64,000 bases of DNA from an uncultured Actinomycetes bacterium (GTDB lineage: Bacteria > Actinomycetota > Thermoleophilia > UBA2241): the NCBI GenBank assembly GCA_963725665.1, contig CAVRZA010000001.1, positions 256,001 to 320,000 on the forward strand, written 5' to 3'. Of this stretch, positions 1-11,473 are shown in pieces. The position numbers and the translations under genes are program-made. Every line of letters starts with the position of its first letter. Positions within the stretch are counted from its first letter, which is position 1. The notes beneath the pieces were generated by a model. It was not told the origin of the DNA. It ran no database searches and saw only the letters and a list, made by a program, of their open reading frames with translations.

Positions 1-999
1 CAGCCTCTATACGCTCTTGAGCCTGCAGAACATCACCATCTCGGGCCAGGTGCAGTCGGTCATGCTGATCTACGGCATCATCGCCTGCGTCATAGGATCC
101 ATCCTGTGGATCACGAGCGACGCCTGGAGCTGGAGCAACTTCCACCCGTTCGTCCACTCGGGGCTCACGGCGCACTTCGGCATACCGGCGGCGGTCATCG
201 GCGTGGCGCTGCTGGTCACGCCCTACTTCGGCTTCGAGATCGTGCCCAACATGGTGGAGGAGGGCGACTTCCCCATCACCAAGCAGAACCAGGCCATCCT
301 GGGCTCGATCATCACCTGCGGCCTACTGTACGTGTTCTACTACTTCGCCCTCTCCGGCATGGACACGTGGGGTGCCCTGACCGGCGACGGCACGGGGCAG
401 CCGTTCGCCTCGCTGCACGCGTTCAAGGACCAGATCGGCAACACGGGTTTCTGGGCCGTGTGGCTGTGGATCTTCGGCATCGGCGCCGCCCTCTTCCCCA
501 TCACCACCTCGGTGCTGGGTTTCTGGCTGAGCAGTGTGCGCATGCTCTACGCCATGGGACGGCAGAACTTCCTGCCCAAGGCGTTCGCCAAGACCAACAA
601 GCACCACCAGCCGATCCTGCCGAACATCCTCATCCTGGGTGTTAGCCTGGCGGCCATCATGACGATGAACTACACGACCTTCCTGCAGACGTTCTTCACC
701 CTCATGGCGTTCGCGGCCGCATCCTGCTACGCGATCATCTCCGCGGCGTCGATCGTCGCGCCTACAAGCACCCCGACTGGGAGCGGCCCTACAAGATCCC
801 CGGCGGCATGTTCATGCGCTGGCTGAGTCTCGTCATCTCGGTCGTCTTTGCCTTCCTCACCACGCTGGGCCAGGCCGGCTGGACGACCATGGCCGAGCAC
901 CTGGGCATCGGCGCCCTCCTCTGGATCTGGATGATCGCCAGCCAGTGGCGCAAGGAACCGGTCTGGATGGAGACACCCGACGGCATCAAGGAGTACTGA
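1..999 (+). CDS. APC-family amino acid/polyamine permease, 5'-truncated by the window edge, one frameshift near 755-760
   Basis: Multiple hydrophobic TM segments; motifs YFGFEIVPNMVEE, SSVRMLYAMGRQNFLPKAFAK and HPDWERPYKIPGG. Joins ORFs 17..826 and 808..999. Confidence 0.85.
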
Positions 1000-1019
1000 T
1001 CCGCATATCGAGCGTATAG

Positions 1020-1045
1020 GAGGGGGCGGCGCAAGCCGCCCCCTC
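1020..1045 (+). terminator. GC-rich hairpin after the permease (terminator or RNA-stabilising stem)
   Basis: GAGGGGGCGGC-GCAA-GCCGCCCCCTC: perfect 11-bp stem, GNRA loop, weak pyrimidine tail (TTCGCTT). Confidence 0.55.
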
Positions 1046-1079
1046 TTCGCTTCCCTGAACAGCGCCTAGGAGGCGACGC

Positions 1080-1855
1080 ATGTGTAGAAGACTCGACCAC
1101 AAGACCGCCGTCGTCACCGGTGCCGCCAAGGGCATCGGGCGCGGCATCGCCGGCGTGTTCGCCGCGGAGGGCGCCAACGTCGTCGTCGTCGACGTCGACG
1201 AGACCGCCGGCGCCGCGGCCGCCGAAGAGCTGCGCGGCTCCGGCGCGCAGGCCGTCTTCGTGCAAGACCGACATCACCGACGAGGCGTCGTGCGAGGCCG
1301 CCGTCAAGGCCGCCATCGATCGGTTCGGGCCCGTCGACATCCTCTGCAGCAACGCCGGCATCTACCCGATCGGCGCGCCTCGAGGAGATGACCGAGGAGA
1401 AGTGGGACGCGATTTTCGCCGTCAACGTCAAGGGCATGCTGTTCATGGTGCAAGCCGTCCTGCCGGGCATGCGCGAGCGGAGAAGGGGAAGCATCGTGCT
1501 CACCTCCTCGATCACCGGTCCCGTGACGGGCTTCCCCGGCTGGTCGCACTACGGGGCGACCAAGGCGGCCATGCTGGGCTTCATGCACAGCGCCGCCATC
1601 GAGCTCGCCGAGCACGCCATCACGATCAACGCGGTGCTGCCGGGCAACGTCATGAGCCCGGGCCTCGAGGACATGGGCGAGGACTACATGCGCATCATGA
1701 AGGAGTCGGTGCCGCTGGGCAGGCTCGCGGAGCCCGAGGACATCGCCTACGCGGCCCTGTTCCTCGCCTCCGACGAGGCTCGCTACATCACCGGTCAGAC
1801 CCTCATCGTCGACGGCGGGCAGGTGCTGCCCGAGTCGGTGCTGGCGCTCAAGTAG
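1080..1855 (+). CDS. SDR-family oxidoreductase (FabG-like), frameshifted near 1263 and 1378
   Basis: TGAAKGIG Rossmann motif, SNAGIYP, catalytic YGATK, ITGQTLIVDGG; AGGAGG RBS upstream. Confidence 0.85.
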
Positions 1856-1901
1856 AATCCCGCACAGGTCCTACCATCCGACAGCAGGGAGGGAACCAAC
1901 G

Positions 1902-2679
1902 ATGGGACGGTTGACCGGGAAGGTCGCCCTCGTCACCGGCGGGGCGCTGGGGATCGGCGCGGCGACAGTGAAGATGTTCGCGGCCGAAGGGGCGCGGGTC
2001 GTGCTCGCCGACATCAACGAGTCGGCGGCGGCGCGGGTCGTCGAGGAGACGCGCGCAGCGGGCGGCGAGGTGACGTTCGTGCGGCTCGACGTCTCGAGCG
2101 AGGAGGACTGGCGGCGGAGCCATCGCCGAGACGCTGCGGCTCTACGGCAAGCTCAACGTGCTCGTCAACAACGCCGGCATCTCGCTCGGCCACGACGTCG
2201 AGGAGACCACGCTCGAGGAGTGGGACCACCTCATGGGCATCAATGCCACGGGCGTGTTCCTGGGCATGAAGCACGCCATCGCGGCGATGAAGGACAACGG
2301 CGAGCCGTGCTCGATCATCAACCGCTCGTCGATCGACGGTCAGATCGGCGAGGCGGGTCTCTTCGCCTACTGCGCCTCGAAGGGCGCCGTGACGATCATG
2401 ACGAAGTCGGCGGCTCTCGCGACCGGCGCCAAGGGGTACACGATCCGGGTCAACTCGGTCCACCCCGGCTACGTGCACACGCCGCTCACCGAGAAGGAGG
2501 CGGCGGACTTCGGCCTGGCACCCGACGCGTACTTCAAGAAGGTCGGCGCGCAGCACCCCATCGGCTTCATCGGCGAGCCCATCGACATCGCCTACCTCGA
2601 TCTCTACCTCGCCTCGGACGAGTCACGCTGGGTCACGGGCGCCGAGTTCACGATCGACGGCGGGTGGACGGCGCAGTAG
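1902..2679 (+). CDS. SDR-family oxidoreductase (cyclic alcohol/hydroxysteroid dehydrogenase-like), frameshifted near 2117
   Basis: TGGALGIG, LVNNAGI, YCASK, IRVNSVHPG, LASDESRWVTGAEFTIDGG. Confidence 0.85.
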
Positions 2680-2712
2680 CGCTGCTCGAGGCCTGAGCGC
2701 CATGAGCCGCCG

Positions 2713-4653
2713 GTGCAGGCGCCCGTCCCGGTGCGCCGTCACGCGGCGACGACGCCGAAGCGGACGTCGACGGTGCTGGTCACCATGCCGTTCGCGAGCT
2801 TCAGGCAGCCCTCTCTTGCGCTCGGACTGCTCAAGGCGTCTCTCGCGTCCGCAGGCGAGCGCGTGTCGGTCGTCGATGCGACGCTCACCTTCGCCGAGAT
2901 GATCGGCTCCGAGATCTACGACCTCATCGCCACGTGGCGCCCCGAGGATCTCCTCGGTGACTGGGTCTTCGCGGCGGCGATCTCGCCGCCGTCCGCACAC
3001 ACGCCTGAGCAGTACGAGCGCGACATCCTGGCGGGCGGACTGCGCGAGCACGACGTGCCGTTCTTCGGCAAGATGCCGCTCACGGATGGGCTACGCGCGC
3101 GAGCTCGCCGACGTGCGGCGACGTGCCGACGAGTTCCTCGAGCGCTGCCTGGCGGAGGTGGCGGCGTGGGAGCCGTCGGTCGTCGGCTTCACGAGCATGT
3201 TCCACCAGACCGCCGCCTCGCTGGCGCTGGCGGAGCGGGTCAAGGCGGTGCTGCCTGAGACCTTCGTGGTCTTCGGGGGCGCGAGCTGCCGCGGAGAGAC
3301 GGGGTCGGAGCTGCTGCGCCGTTTTCGCTTCGTGGATGCGGTCGCTACAGGTGAGGGAGAGGCGGTGCTGCCCGAGCTGGTGCGCAGAATGCGCGCGCGG
3401 GCAGCGGCTCGATGGCATCGGCGGTCTCCTGACGGCCCAGCACCGAGAGGTCGGCGGGCAGCCGCCCGAGGAGCACGCGGACGACCGCCCTCTCGTCGAC
3501 CTCGACTCGTTGCCGCTGCCCGACTACGACGACTACTTCGCGCGCTTGGCCAGCGGCGACCTGAACGGGACCTTCACGCCCCGTCTGCCGTTCGAGACCT
3601 CACGCGGCTGCTGGTGGGGCGAGAGGCGTCGCTGCGTCTTCTGCGGCCAGGCGAGCGGCAGTCTGACGTATCGGCGCAAGAGCGGCGAGCGCAGCCTGAC
3701 GGAGCTCGAGGAGCTCGCTCGCCGCCATCCCGAGTCGCCCGTGATCGTGACCGACGAGATCGTATCGCCCCGCGCCTTCCGCGACTTCTTCCCGCAGGTG
3801 CCGGCTCGCGTCCCCGGCCTCCAGGTCCTCTACCTCGAGGTGCGGCCCGGCCTGAGCAAGGATCGGTTGCGCCTGCTCGCCCAGGCCGGGGTGCGTCGGC
3901 TGGAGGCCGGCGTGGAGAACCTCAGCACGTCGGTGCTCAAGCTGATGCGCAAGGGCACCACCGGCCTCCAGGGAGTGGAGCTGCTCAAGTGGGCCCGCGA
4001 GTTGGGTATCGAGGTGGTCTGGAACTACCTGTGGGGCCTGCCGGGGGAGGATGCCGGCCGAGTACGAGCGGGTGGCGGGATTGATCCCCCTCATCACCCA
4101 TCTGCAGCCGCCGAACGCGGTCGGCGTCGTGCGCGTCGACCGCTTCAGCCCGCTGTTCGAGGACCCGACGCGCTTCGGCATCGCCGGCCTGCGTCCCTAC
4201 CCGGCCTATGGCTACGTGTACGACCTGCCGCCGGAGTCGCTGGGTCGCCTGGCCTACTACTTCACCTTCGAGAGACCCGGCCGGCCGGACGTGGACCGCT
4301 ACACGACGCCGCTGGCGGAGAGCATCGCGCGCTGGAAGGATGTCCACGCGTCTAGCATGCTCGCCTACAGCGACGACGGCGACCGGCTGGTCGTCTTCGA
4401 GAGGCGCCCGGGGTACGACGAGGAAGAGGTGACGGTGCTCGACGGCGAGCACCGTCACCTCTTCCTCGCCTGCGACGGGGTGCGGAACGTCTCTCAGCTC
4501 GCTCGTGAGCTGTCGGCGCGCCGGGGCAGTGAGGTGACCACCGTGGAGGCCCGGGACCTGCTGGATGAGATCGTCGCACAGGGGCTGATGCTGCGCGAGG
4601 AGTCCTCCTACCTTAGTCTGGCGCTGCCGCTTCCCCCGCAGCCGGTGGGCTGA
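2713..4653 (+). CDS. RiPP-maturation cobalamin-dependent radical SAM C-methyltransferase (TIGR03975-like), frameshifts near 3095, 3400, 4055
   Basis: N-terminal MPFASFRQPSLALGLLKA, B12 domain GFTSMFHQTAASLALA..VFGGASC, ETSRGCWWGERRRCVFCG (Cx7Cx2C), WNYLWGLPGE, DRFSPLF. Confidence 0.8.
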
Positions 4654-5134
4654 CGCCATCGAGGGCGGCGGCCGCTTTCGCGGCCGCCGCCCGCATCTGC
4701 TCTGAGCTGTAACAGAAGACGGAGAGCGCCTCCGCCACACGGTAACCGCGCTCGCGCACCAGGCCGGCAAGCCGGTCGAGCGAACCGATCGGGCCGCCCG
4801 CATGGGTGACGCCGACCACGGTCGCCCTGCCTCCACCTGCTGGGAGCTGCGCCACGAAGCTGCGCACCGGAGGGGAGGACATCCATCCCCAGGTGGGCGA
4901 GTAGACGACGAGGGCGTCGTAGGTCGCGCTCTCGGGGATGGGGGTGGTCAACTCGACGACCGTCCCCGCCATCGCCTGTGCGACACCGCGGATGCCGGCC
5001 GTGAAGTACGAGTAGGGCTTTGCCGGCAGGACCTCGAGCAGCGTCGCCTGGTGGCCGTTCAGTGCCTCTGCCGTGGCCTGCGCGAGAGAGCCCGTGTAGC
5101 CGGTGAGCGAGTAGTAGGCGATGATGACCCTCAC
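4613..5134 (-). CDS. Flavodoxin-family protein
   Basis: IAYYSLTGYT FMN loop; YDALVVYSPTWGW. Confidence 0.75.
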   Translation of the reverse strand: MRVIIAYYSLTGYTGSLAQATAEALNGHQATLLEVLPAKPYSYFTAGIRGVAQAMAGTVVELTTPIPESATYDALVVYSPTWGWMSSPPVRSFVAQLPAGGGRATVVGVTHAGGPIGSLDRLAGLVRERGYRVAEALSVFCYSSEQMRAAAAKAAAALDGVSPPAAGEAAAPD

Positions 5135-5343
5135 GCTGGTGCCGACCTCCTCGCCGGTCGCCGGCCACCCACTTGCGGGCGTGCGATAGGCTCAACCGGT
5201 CGCCCCGGCTGCCGGCGCCGAGAGCATATGCGTCGCGCGCGCCCTCTGTCATCGCGCCGACAAGCTTTGCTTTGGTGGCGAATCGGGGTAGGTTGCCGGC
5301 CAGGACAACGGCGCGTGCAGCGTCAGTGCAGAGAGGAGGCCTC

Positions 5344-5997
5344 ATGAGCGACGAGACGCCCGAGGTACGCGAAGAACCGAGACCCGCCCCCGCGGTCGGG
5401 ACCGTCGAGCGGCCGCGCATCCTGGTGGCCTTCGCCACGAAGCACGGGTCGACTCCCGAGGTGGCCGAGGCGGTCGCCGAGGAGCTGCGCGCCGGCGGGG
5501 CCGACGTCGACGTGCGGCCGGCGAGCCTCGACGGGGGCCTGAGCGGCTACCAGGCGGTGGTGCTCGGGGCGCCGATGATCCTGGGCTGGCACAAGGACGC
5601 CCTGCGCTTCATCGAACGTCATCGGTCGGAGCTGGCGACGATGACCACCGCCTACTTCGTGACGGCGGCGTCGCTGACCGAGACCGGGGAGGAGCGCATC
5701 GACGCCGTCCCCATCGTGAAGGACCCGTGGCTCGCGAAGCGGCCGAAGGATCCCGCCAGGATGAGCTTCCGCGAGCGCTACGCACGCCCCTCGGAGTACC
5801 TCAAGAAGCCCTTTGCGAAGGCGCCCGAGGTCCGTCCCTCGTCGGTCGCCTTCTTCGCCGGCTCACTCGACCTGACGAACATGAACATCTTCGAAAAGCT
5901 CTTCGTGATGCTCGTCATCGGCGCGACCCCGGGCGACTCGCGCAACTGGGATGCCATCCGCGACTGGGCGCGAGGCCTTCTGCCGCTGGGATCATAG
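5344..5997 (+). CDS. Flavodoxin-domain protein (HemG-like)
   Basis: VAFATKHGSTPEVAEAVA, YQAVVLGAPM, AFFAGSLD, GDSRNWDAIRDWA; AGGAGG RBS before ATG 5344. Confidence 0.8.
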   Translation: MSDETPEVREEPRPAPAVGTVERPRILVAFATKHGSTPEVAEAVAEELRAGGADVDVRPASLDGGLSGYQAVVLGAPMILGWHKDALRFIERHRSELATMTTAYFVTAASLTETGEERIDAVPIVKDPWLAKRPKDPARMSFRERYARPSEYLKKPFAKAPEVRPSSVAFFAGSLDLTNMNIFEKLFVMLVIGATPGDSRNWDAIRDWARGLLPLGS

Positions 5998-6005
5998 GAG
6001 GCGTG

Positions 6006-6974
6006 ATGGTCCGCCAGGCGGATGAATCGAAGGCGAAGGCCTTCGAGCTCGGCAGGGAGGTGGTAGCGGACGGCCGCTTCGTGCGCCAGGCGAGCGCCTT
6101 TCGGCGCTGGGTCAACGCCGATGGCAGCTCTGGCTGGCCCTCCGCGGCCGGCCGCTACCACCTCTACGTCTGCCTCGCTTGCCCGTGGTCGCACCGTACG
6201 GTAATCGTGCGCCACATCAAGGGTCTCGAGGAGGCCGTCACCATGTCGCTCCTCGATCCCTACCGCGACGGGCGCGGCTGGGCGTTCAGCGGCGGCGAGT
6301 TCACCGATCCGGTCAACGGCTTCGCCTTCTTGCGCGAGGCCTACGAGGCCAGCGACCCGGTGTTCGGCGGGCGCGTCACTGTGCCTGTGCTGTGGGACAG
6401 GGAGACGCGACAGATCGTGAGCAACGAGTCGGCCGACATCGTGCGCATGTTCAACGGCGAGTTCGAGGGCTTCGCCCAGCACCACGTCGATCTCTATCCG
6501 CAGCCGCTGAGAGCCGAGATCGACGCCGTCAACGAGTTCGTCTACGAGAACGTCAACGACGGCGTCTACCAGGCCGGCTTCGCGCGCAGCCAGGCGGCGT
6601 ACGAGCGGGCCTACGAGCGTCTCTTCGCCGCTCTCGACCGGCTTGAGGAGAGGCTCGCGTCGAGTCGCTGCCTCGTGGGCGGCTCGCCCACCGAGGCCGA
6701 TTGGCGCCTCTTCCCGACGCTGGTGCGCTTCGACGCCGTCTACTACGGCCACTTCAAGTGCAACCGCCGCCGGCTGATCGACTATCCCAACCTGTGGGGT
6801 TACGCGCGCGACCTCTACCAGCGACCGGGTATCGCGCAGACCGTGGTCATGGACCAGATCAAGCGTCACTACTACACGACCCACGGCTTCTTGAACCCGA
6901 GCAGCATCATCCCGGCCGGTCCCGAGATCGACTTCGAAGCGCCGCACGACCGGGAGCGGCTGTCGACGGGCTAG
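6006..6974 (+). CDS. Glutathionyl-hydroquinone reductase (YqjG-like omega/xi GST)
   Basis: GRYHLYVCLACPWSHR, RVTVPVLWD, IVSNESADI, TEADWRLFPTLVRFDAVY, IKRHYY. Confidence 0.9.
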   Translation: MVRQADESKAKAFELGREVVADGRFVRQASAFRRWVNADGSSGWPSAAGRYHLYVCLACPWSHRTVIVRHIKGLEEAVTMSLLDPYRDGRGWAFSGGEFTDPVNGFAFLREAYEASDPVFGGRVTVPVLWDRETRQIVSNESADIVRMFNGEFEGFAQHHVDLYPQPLRAEIDAVNEFVYENVNDGVYQAGFARSQAAYERAYERLFAALDRLEERLASSRCLVGGSPTEADWRLFPTLVRFDAVYYGHFKCNRRRLIDYPNLWGYARDLYQRPGIAQTVVMDQIKRHYYTTHGFLNPSSIIPAGPEIDFEAPHDRERLSTG

Positions 6975-7017
6975 CCCGGCTCATCGGTCCGCGGCCCGAC
7001 AGGGGACCGTGCTCGGT

Positions 7018-7410
7018 TCAGTCCACCCACCAGTCGGGTAGCATCTCGGCGTCACGATTGCCGTGGCTCGGTGCGCCGAAGGCGACGATCTCCGCGCCTT
7101 GGGGACCGGCCTCGAGCTGACGGACTGTCGCGGGGGCAACGCGCAACGCGTCCCAGGGTCGCAGGTCGACGAGATCGTCGCCGACCTTTGCCCGCGCGGA
7201 GCCGCTCACGATGATGTAGACCTCCTCCTGATCGCGATGATGGTGACCGAAGGAGATGCGGTAGCCGGGGGCGTAGCGAAAGTAGGAGAGGCCTGAGTGT
7301 GCCAGCCCGAGCGGCACCCTCGCGAAACGGGACTCCAGGTGGTCTCCGAGGCCGAACTTGGGCGCCTGGTCCTCGACTTCCTTGAGGTTCACCAGGGTGT
7401 AAGGGGGCAT
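7018..7410 (-). CDS. Cupin-domain protein
   Basis: GHHHRDQEEVYIIVSG cupin motif 1; DALRVAP. Confidence 0.8.
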   Translation of the reverse strand: MPPYTLVNLKEVEDQAPKFGLGDHLESRFARVPLGLAHSGLSYFRYAPGYRISFGHHHRDQEEVYIIVSGSARAKVGDDLVDLRPWDALRVAPATVRQLEAGPQGAEIVAFGAPSHGNRDAEMLPDWWVD

Positions 7411-7621
7411 CCTTTCCTCCTTCGCTAGAGCTCATCGCTCGCCTTGTCCGTCGCCGCCCCCGCCGCGGATGTGCCCTGTGTACCCCGTGGGCGCAAGGGA
7501 CGAGTCCCCCTTGAGCGCTCGTCCGCGTCGGACCTCGGCGGCGTGGAACGACTCTCCGTTGGGCTCGCGGTATCCTCCCTGCGGGAGTCTGTGGCGTGCG
7601 GGCTGACCTCGAAAGGAGTGG

Positions 7622-8038
7622 ATGATGACCAAGATTCCAGATGAGCTCAGAGATCTGCTGTCGGGCGGTCACAACGTGTGGGTGGCAACGGTCGGGCGCG
7701 ACGGTGCGCCGAACGTGTCGATCAAGGGGAGTGGGGCGCTGCTGGACGACGAGCACCTCTACTTCGCCGACATGTTCTCGCGCAAGACTCGCGAGAACCT
7801 CGAGCACGACAGCCGCGTCGCCGTGGGCATCCACGATCCCGAGCGCAAGTTGGCGATGCAGGTGAAGGGCCATGCCGAGCTCATCGATCACGGCGACGTC
7901 TTCGACCAAGTCAACGAGAAGCTCAAGGCGGTGAGCGAGGAGCTGCACCTGCCGCCCATGAAGTACGTGGTGCGCATCACTGTTGATTCCGTATGGGACA
8001 TGGGGCCGGGGCCGCACGCCGGCGAGGAGATCGCGTAG
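7622..8038 (+). CDS. Pyridoxamine 5'-phosphate oxidase-like (FMN split-barrel) protein
   Basis: VATVGRDGAPNVSIKGS, FSRKTRENLEHDSRVAV, QVKGHAE; AAGGAG RBS. Confidence 0.8.
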   Translation: MMTKIPDELRDLLSGGHNVWVATVGRDGAPNVSIKGSGALLDDEHLYFADMFSRKTRENLEHDSRVAVGIHDPERKLAMQVKGHAELIDHGDVFDQVNEKLKAVSEELHLPPMKYVVRITVDSVWDMGPGPHAGEEIA

Positions 8039-8075
8039 CGGCCCGTCGCCGGCGCGGGAACCCGCCCCGTTCTCG

Positions 8076-8516
8076 CTAGTACTTCTTCGCCAGCTTCATC
8101 ACCCAGCGGTGGAAGCTGTGCCCGGTGAATCCGGGCGTCACGTACATTACCGCGCAGGTGCCGTGCTCGCAGCGCAGGTGGGCGCCCTCGGCCTTGCTCA
8201 GCGCCTCCGGCGTCTCCGTGCTCTGGTGCACCCAGACATTGGGGATGTCGGCGGCGACGATGCTGTCCATCCAGCGCGCCGCGTCCTGCTTGGCCACCTC
8301 GAGCACGGCCGCCTCGACGGGCTGCGGTAGCGACGCCAGATCGGGATAGGTGTGGTTACCCTCGATCTCGCTCGCTCCGGGGTCGACGGCGAAGACCGTC
8401 TTGCCCAGTCGCTTCAAGCCTTTGTAGGTCAGTTGCGGGAACTTCCTTCCGCCGCTCGAGTCGCCGATCACCGCGTAGCTTGACAGGCTCCAGAAGTCCT
8501 CTCTCGTGGAAGGCAT
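8076..8516 (-). CDS. CoA-binding protein (YccU-like)
   Basis: YAVIGDS, VFAVDP, YPDLASLPQPVEAA, VWVHQ, CAVM. Confidence 0.75.
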   Translation of the reverse strand: MPSTREDFWSLSSYAVIGDSSGGRKFPQLTYKGLKRLGKTVFAVDPGASEIEGNHTYPDLASLPQPVEAAVLEVAKQDAARWMDSIVAADIPNVWVHQSTETPEALSKAEGAHLRCEHGTCAVMYVTPGFTGHSFHRWVMKLAKKY

Positions 8517-8638
8517 GCTCCTCCCTTCGTGGAGGTCGCCGGCAGTTCTGCGCAAAGCCTACCAGCCAAGTGGTCCGCTGCGCAGGGTCGAGTGGGGCGG
8601 CGGGGTAGCCTGCGGCAGTGCTGCTGCGTGCCGCCGCC

Positions 8639-9208
8639 CTAAGCGAGCCGCTGCCCCTCGCGCACACGACGCACCGTCTCGGTGATGCGCCGCTGCCGCG
8701 TCTCGTCGCGCTTGGCCTCGTTTACCCAGTACAGGTATTGCCTGCGGTGGGACGGCGGCAGGCTCGTGAAGGTCTCATAGGCCTCGCCTTCGCGCAGGGC
8801 GCCGACGAGGTCCTCCGGCACCACGTCGACGTCCTCGCGCGCGCTGGCCGCATCCCACTCGCCGTTGGCTTTGGCGGCCTCGACCGCCGCCAGACCCGCC
8901 GGCGTCATCCTCCCTCCCTCGATGAGACGCTCCACGCGGTCCTTGTTGCTCGGCGACCAGATGCTGCGCCGGCCGCGCGGCGTGAAGCGCAGGGCGTGGC
9001 TCTCGTCGTCGATGCGGCGCAGATGGCCGTCGATCCAGCCGAAGCAGAGAGCCTCCTCGACGGCCTCGTCGAGAGTCACTGACGGCCGCGCCACGTGCTT
9101 CTTGAGGAGCACGAGCCAGATCTCGCGCGCGCTCTCGTGATGCGCCTCGAGCCAGGTCCGCCACGTCTCCCTGTCGGGCGCGAAGAAGGTATCGGTGATC
9201 TCGCGCAT
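8639..9208 (-). CDS. YdeI/OmpD-associated family protein
   Basis: WRTWLEAHH, EAVEEALCFGWIDG, RFTPR..SIWS, MTPAGLAAVEAAKANG, AKRDETRQRRI. Confidence 0.9.
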   Translation of the reverse strand: MREITDTFFAPDRETWRTWLEAHHESAREIWLVLLKKHVARPSVTLDEAVEEALCFGWIDGHLRRIDDESHALRFTPRGRRSIWSPSNKDRVERLIEGGRMTPAGLAAVEAAKANGEWDAASAREDVDVVPEDLVGALREGEAYETFTSLPPSHRRQYLYWVNEAKRDETRQRRITETVRRVREGQRLA

Positions 9209-9224
9209 CGCCGGCCGCTCGCGG

Positions 9225-10211
<987 letters not shown>

Positions 10212-10493
10212 CGGCACCTCCTCGTCGCTCGCGTCCGGCGCGCTCTCGCCGCCGGGGCGGCGAAGCCAGTTTCGCTTCCGCCGCCCGGACGGCCGTTCTC
10301 GAGCGTATGGTTCCCGCTTGCGTCCGAAAGACGGCAGACGGGCCGGCGACGGCCGAGGTAAGCGGGGATTCGCCAGCAATCTTCGCAGAGGCGAGGGGGC
10401 GGCGTCTCGTACGACGCGCCGCCCCCTCGCGGGTGAGCGTTGGCTACACGCGCGGGCTTCTCGGACGACCCGAGCCAGCCCATTGTCGGTTCG

Positions 10494-11225
10494 TCAGGTC
10501 GTGGGTGCCGGCTGGCGTACCGTCAGGACCTCGGCCGTATAGACAGGTGTGGCCGGTACGGTGCGATCGATCGTACCCGATGTCCAGATTACCGCGCCCG
10601 GCTTCACGTCGGCCAGCGTGATCGGCGTCTTGACTCCGTCGATCCAGGCGAAGAGCCTCGTGTCCGACGTGACCTTCACCGGGAGCTGTGAGCCGAGAGC
10701 CCTCCAAAGGGCTCGCGAGGCCGAGCGCACGGTGAGGGTGACCGACCCTGCCGTGGTGTCGACGCCGGCGACCCGTCCTCCGCAGGAGAACTCGGTCAGC
10801 TGGTCGGCCGGCACCCAGTGGCGCACCTTGATGAGCTTGGCGACGTATACCGGCGCCGCCGGCGAGCTCCGGTCGATGCGGCCCTCGATCTCGACGCGGT
10901 CGCCCGCTTTGACGGCCTTGAGTGCGATCACGTGTGCGATGCCTTCGTTGATGGAAAGGATCGAGGCCTTGGGGGCCACGCGCAGCGTCAAGTGACGGCC
11001 GATGTAGGGGCGCACCCCGGCAGATCCGAGGCGCACGTGGACGGTGAGCGCCGACGCGGTGGTGAAGACCCGCTCGACTTTGCCCGTGAGGCTGAAGGTG
11101 GCGGGCGGGGTGCCGGCGGTGGTGCCTGTGGCGGGCGACAACTTGGGGCCGGTCGCGGCCACGGCGGACGCGACGAGCGCGAGCGCCACCAGTGCGATCG
11201 CGCCTGCGATAAGTAGCTTCTTCAC
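10494..11225 (-). CDS. Secreted protein with two tandem OB-fold-like (DUF5666-like) repeats
   Basis: Signal peptide VKKLLIAGAIALVALALVASAVAA; two about 100-aa repeats each ending VK.G..V...G.IDR..PA.PVY.A; AGGAGGAG RBS. Confidence 0.7.
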   Translation of the reverse strand: MKKLLIAGAIALVALALVASAVAATGPKLSPATGTTAGTPPATFSLTGKVERVFTTASALTVHVRLGSAGVRPYIGRHLTLRVAPKASILSINEGIAHVIALKAVKAGDRVEIEGRIDRSSPAAPVYVAKLIKVRHWVPADQLTEFSCGGRVAGVDTTAGSVTLTVRSASRALWRALGSQLPVKVTSDTRLFAWIDGVKTPITLADVKPGAVIWTSGTIDRTVPATPVYTAEVLTVRQPAPTT

Positions 11226-11266
11226 GGATCTCCTCCTTCGCTCGAACACGGGTTCCTCTCGATACA

Positions 11267-11295
11267 GAAACGTCGCCTCGGCCTCTGCCTTAGCA
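11267..11295 (-). promoter_or_regulatory. Putative ECF sigma promoter of the secreted repeat-protein gene
   Basis: Minus strand reads TGCTAAGG-N15-CGTTTC; same motif at 11387 and 14616. Confidence 0.65.
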
Positions 11296-11386
11296 GGGAG
11301 GACTCTGGTCTGTGGGGGACGTGGAACCCTCCGTCGTCACCCGGCCGGCCCACTGTTGGGGAGGTCGGGCACGATTGGCCTGGGAG

Positions 11387-11415
11387 TGTTAAGGTTTTCA
11401 GAGCGGCAGCGTTTC
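11387..11415 (+). promoter_or_regulatory. Putative autoregulatory ECF promoter of the sigma gene
   Basis: TGTTAAGG-N15-CGTTTC, about 60 nt upstream of ATG 11474. Confidence 0.65.
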
Positions 11416-11473
11416 ATACCTGAAGGGCGACCGTTCCGGCGCCGCACGGGCGGCGGACGACGAAGCAGGTGCC

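Noticed and set aside
7622-8038. PNPOx-family gene as part of the B6 pathway
   Set aside because: It is a generic short FMN split-barrel protein, 23 kb from the cluster and without PdxH-specific motifs; the family name alone is not evidence.
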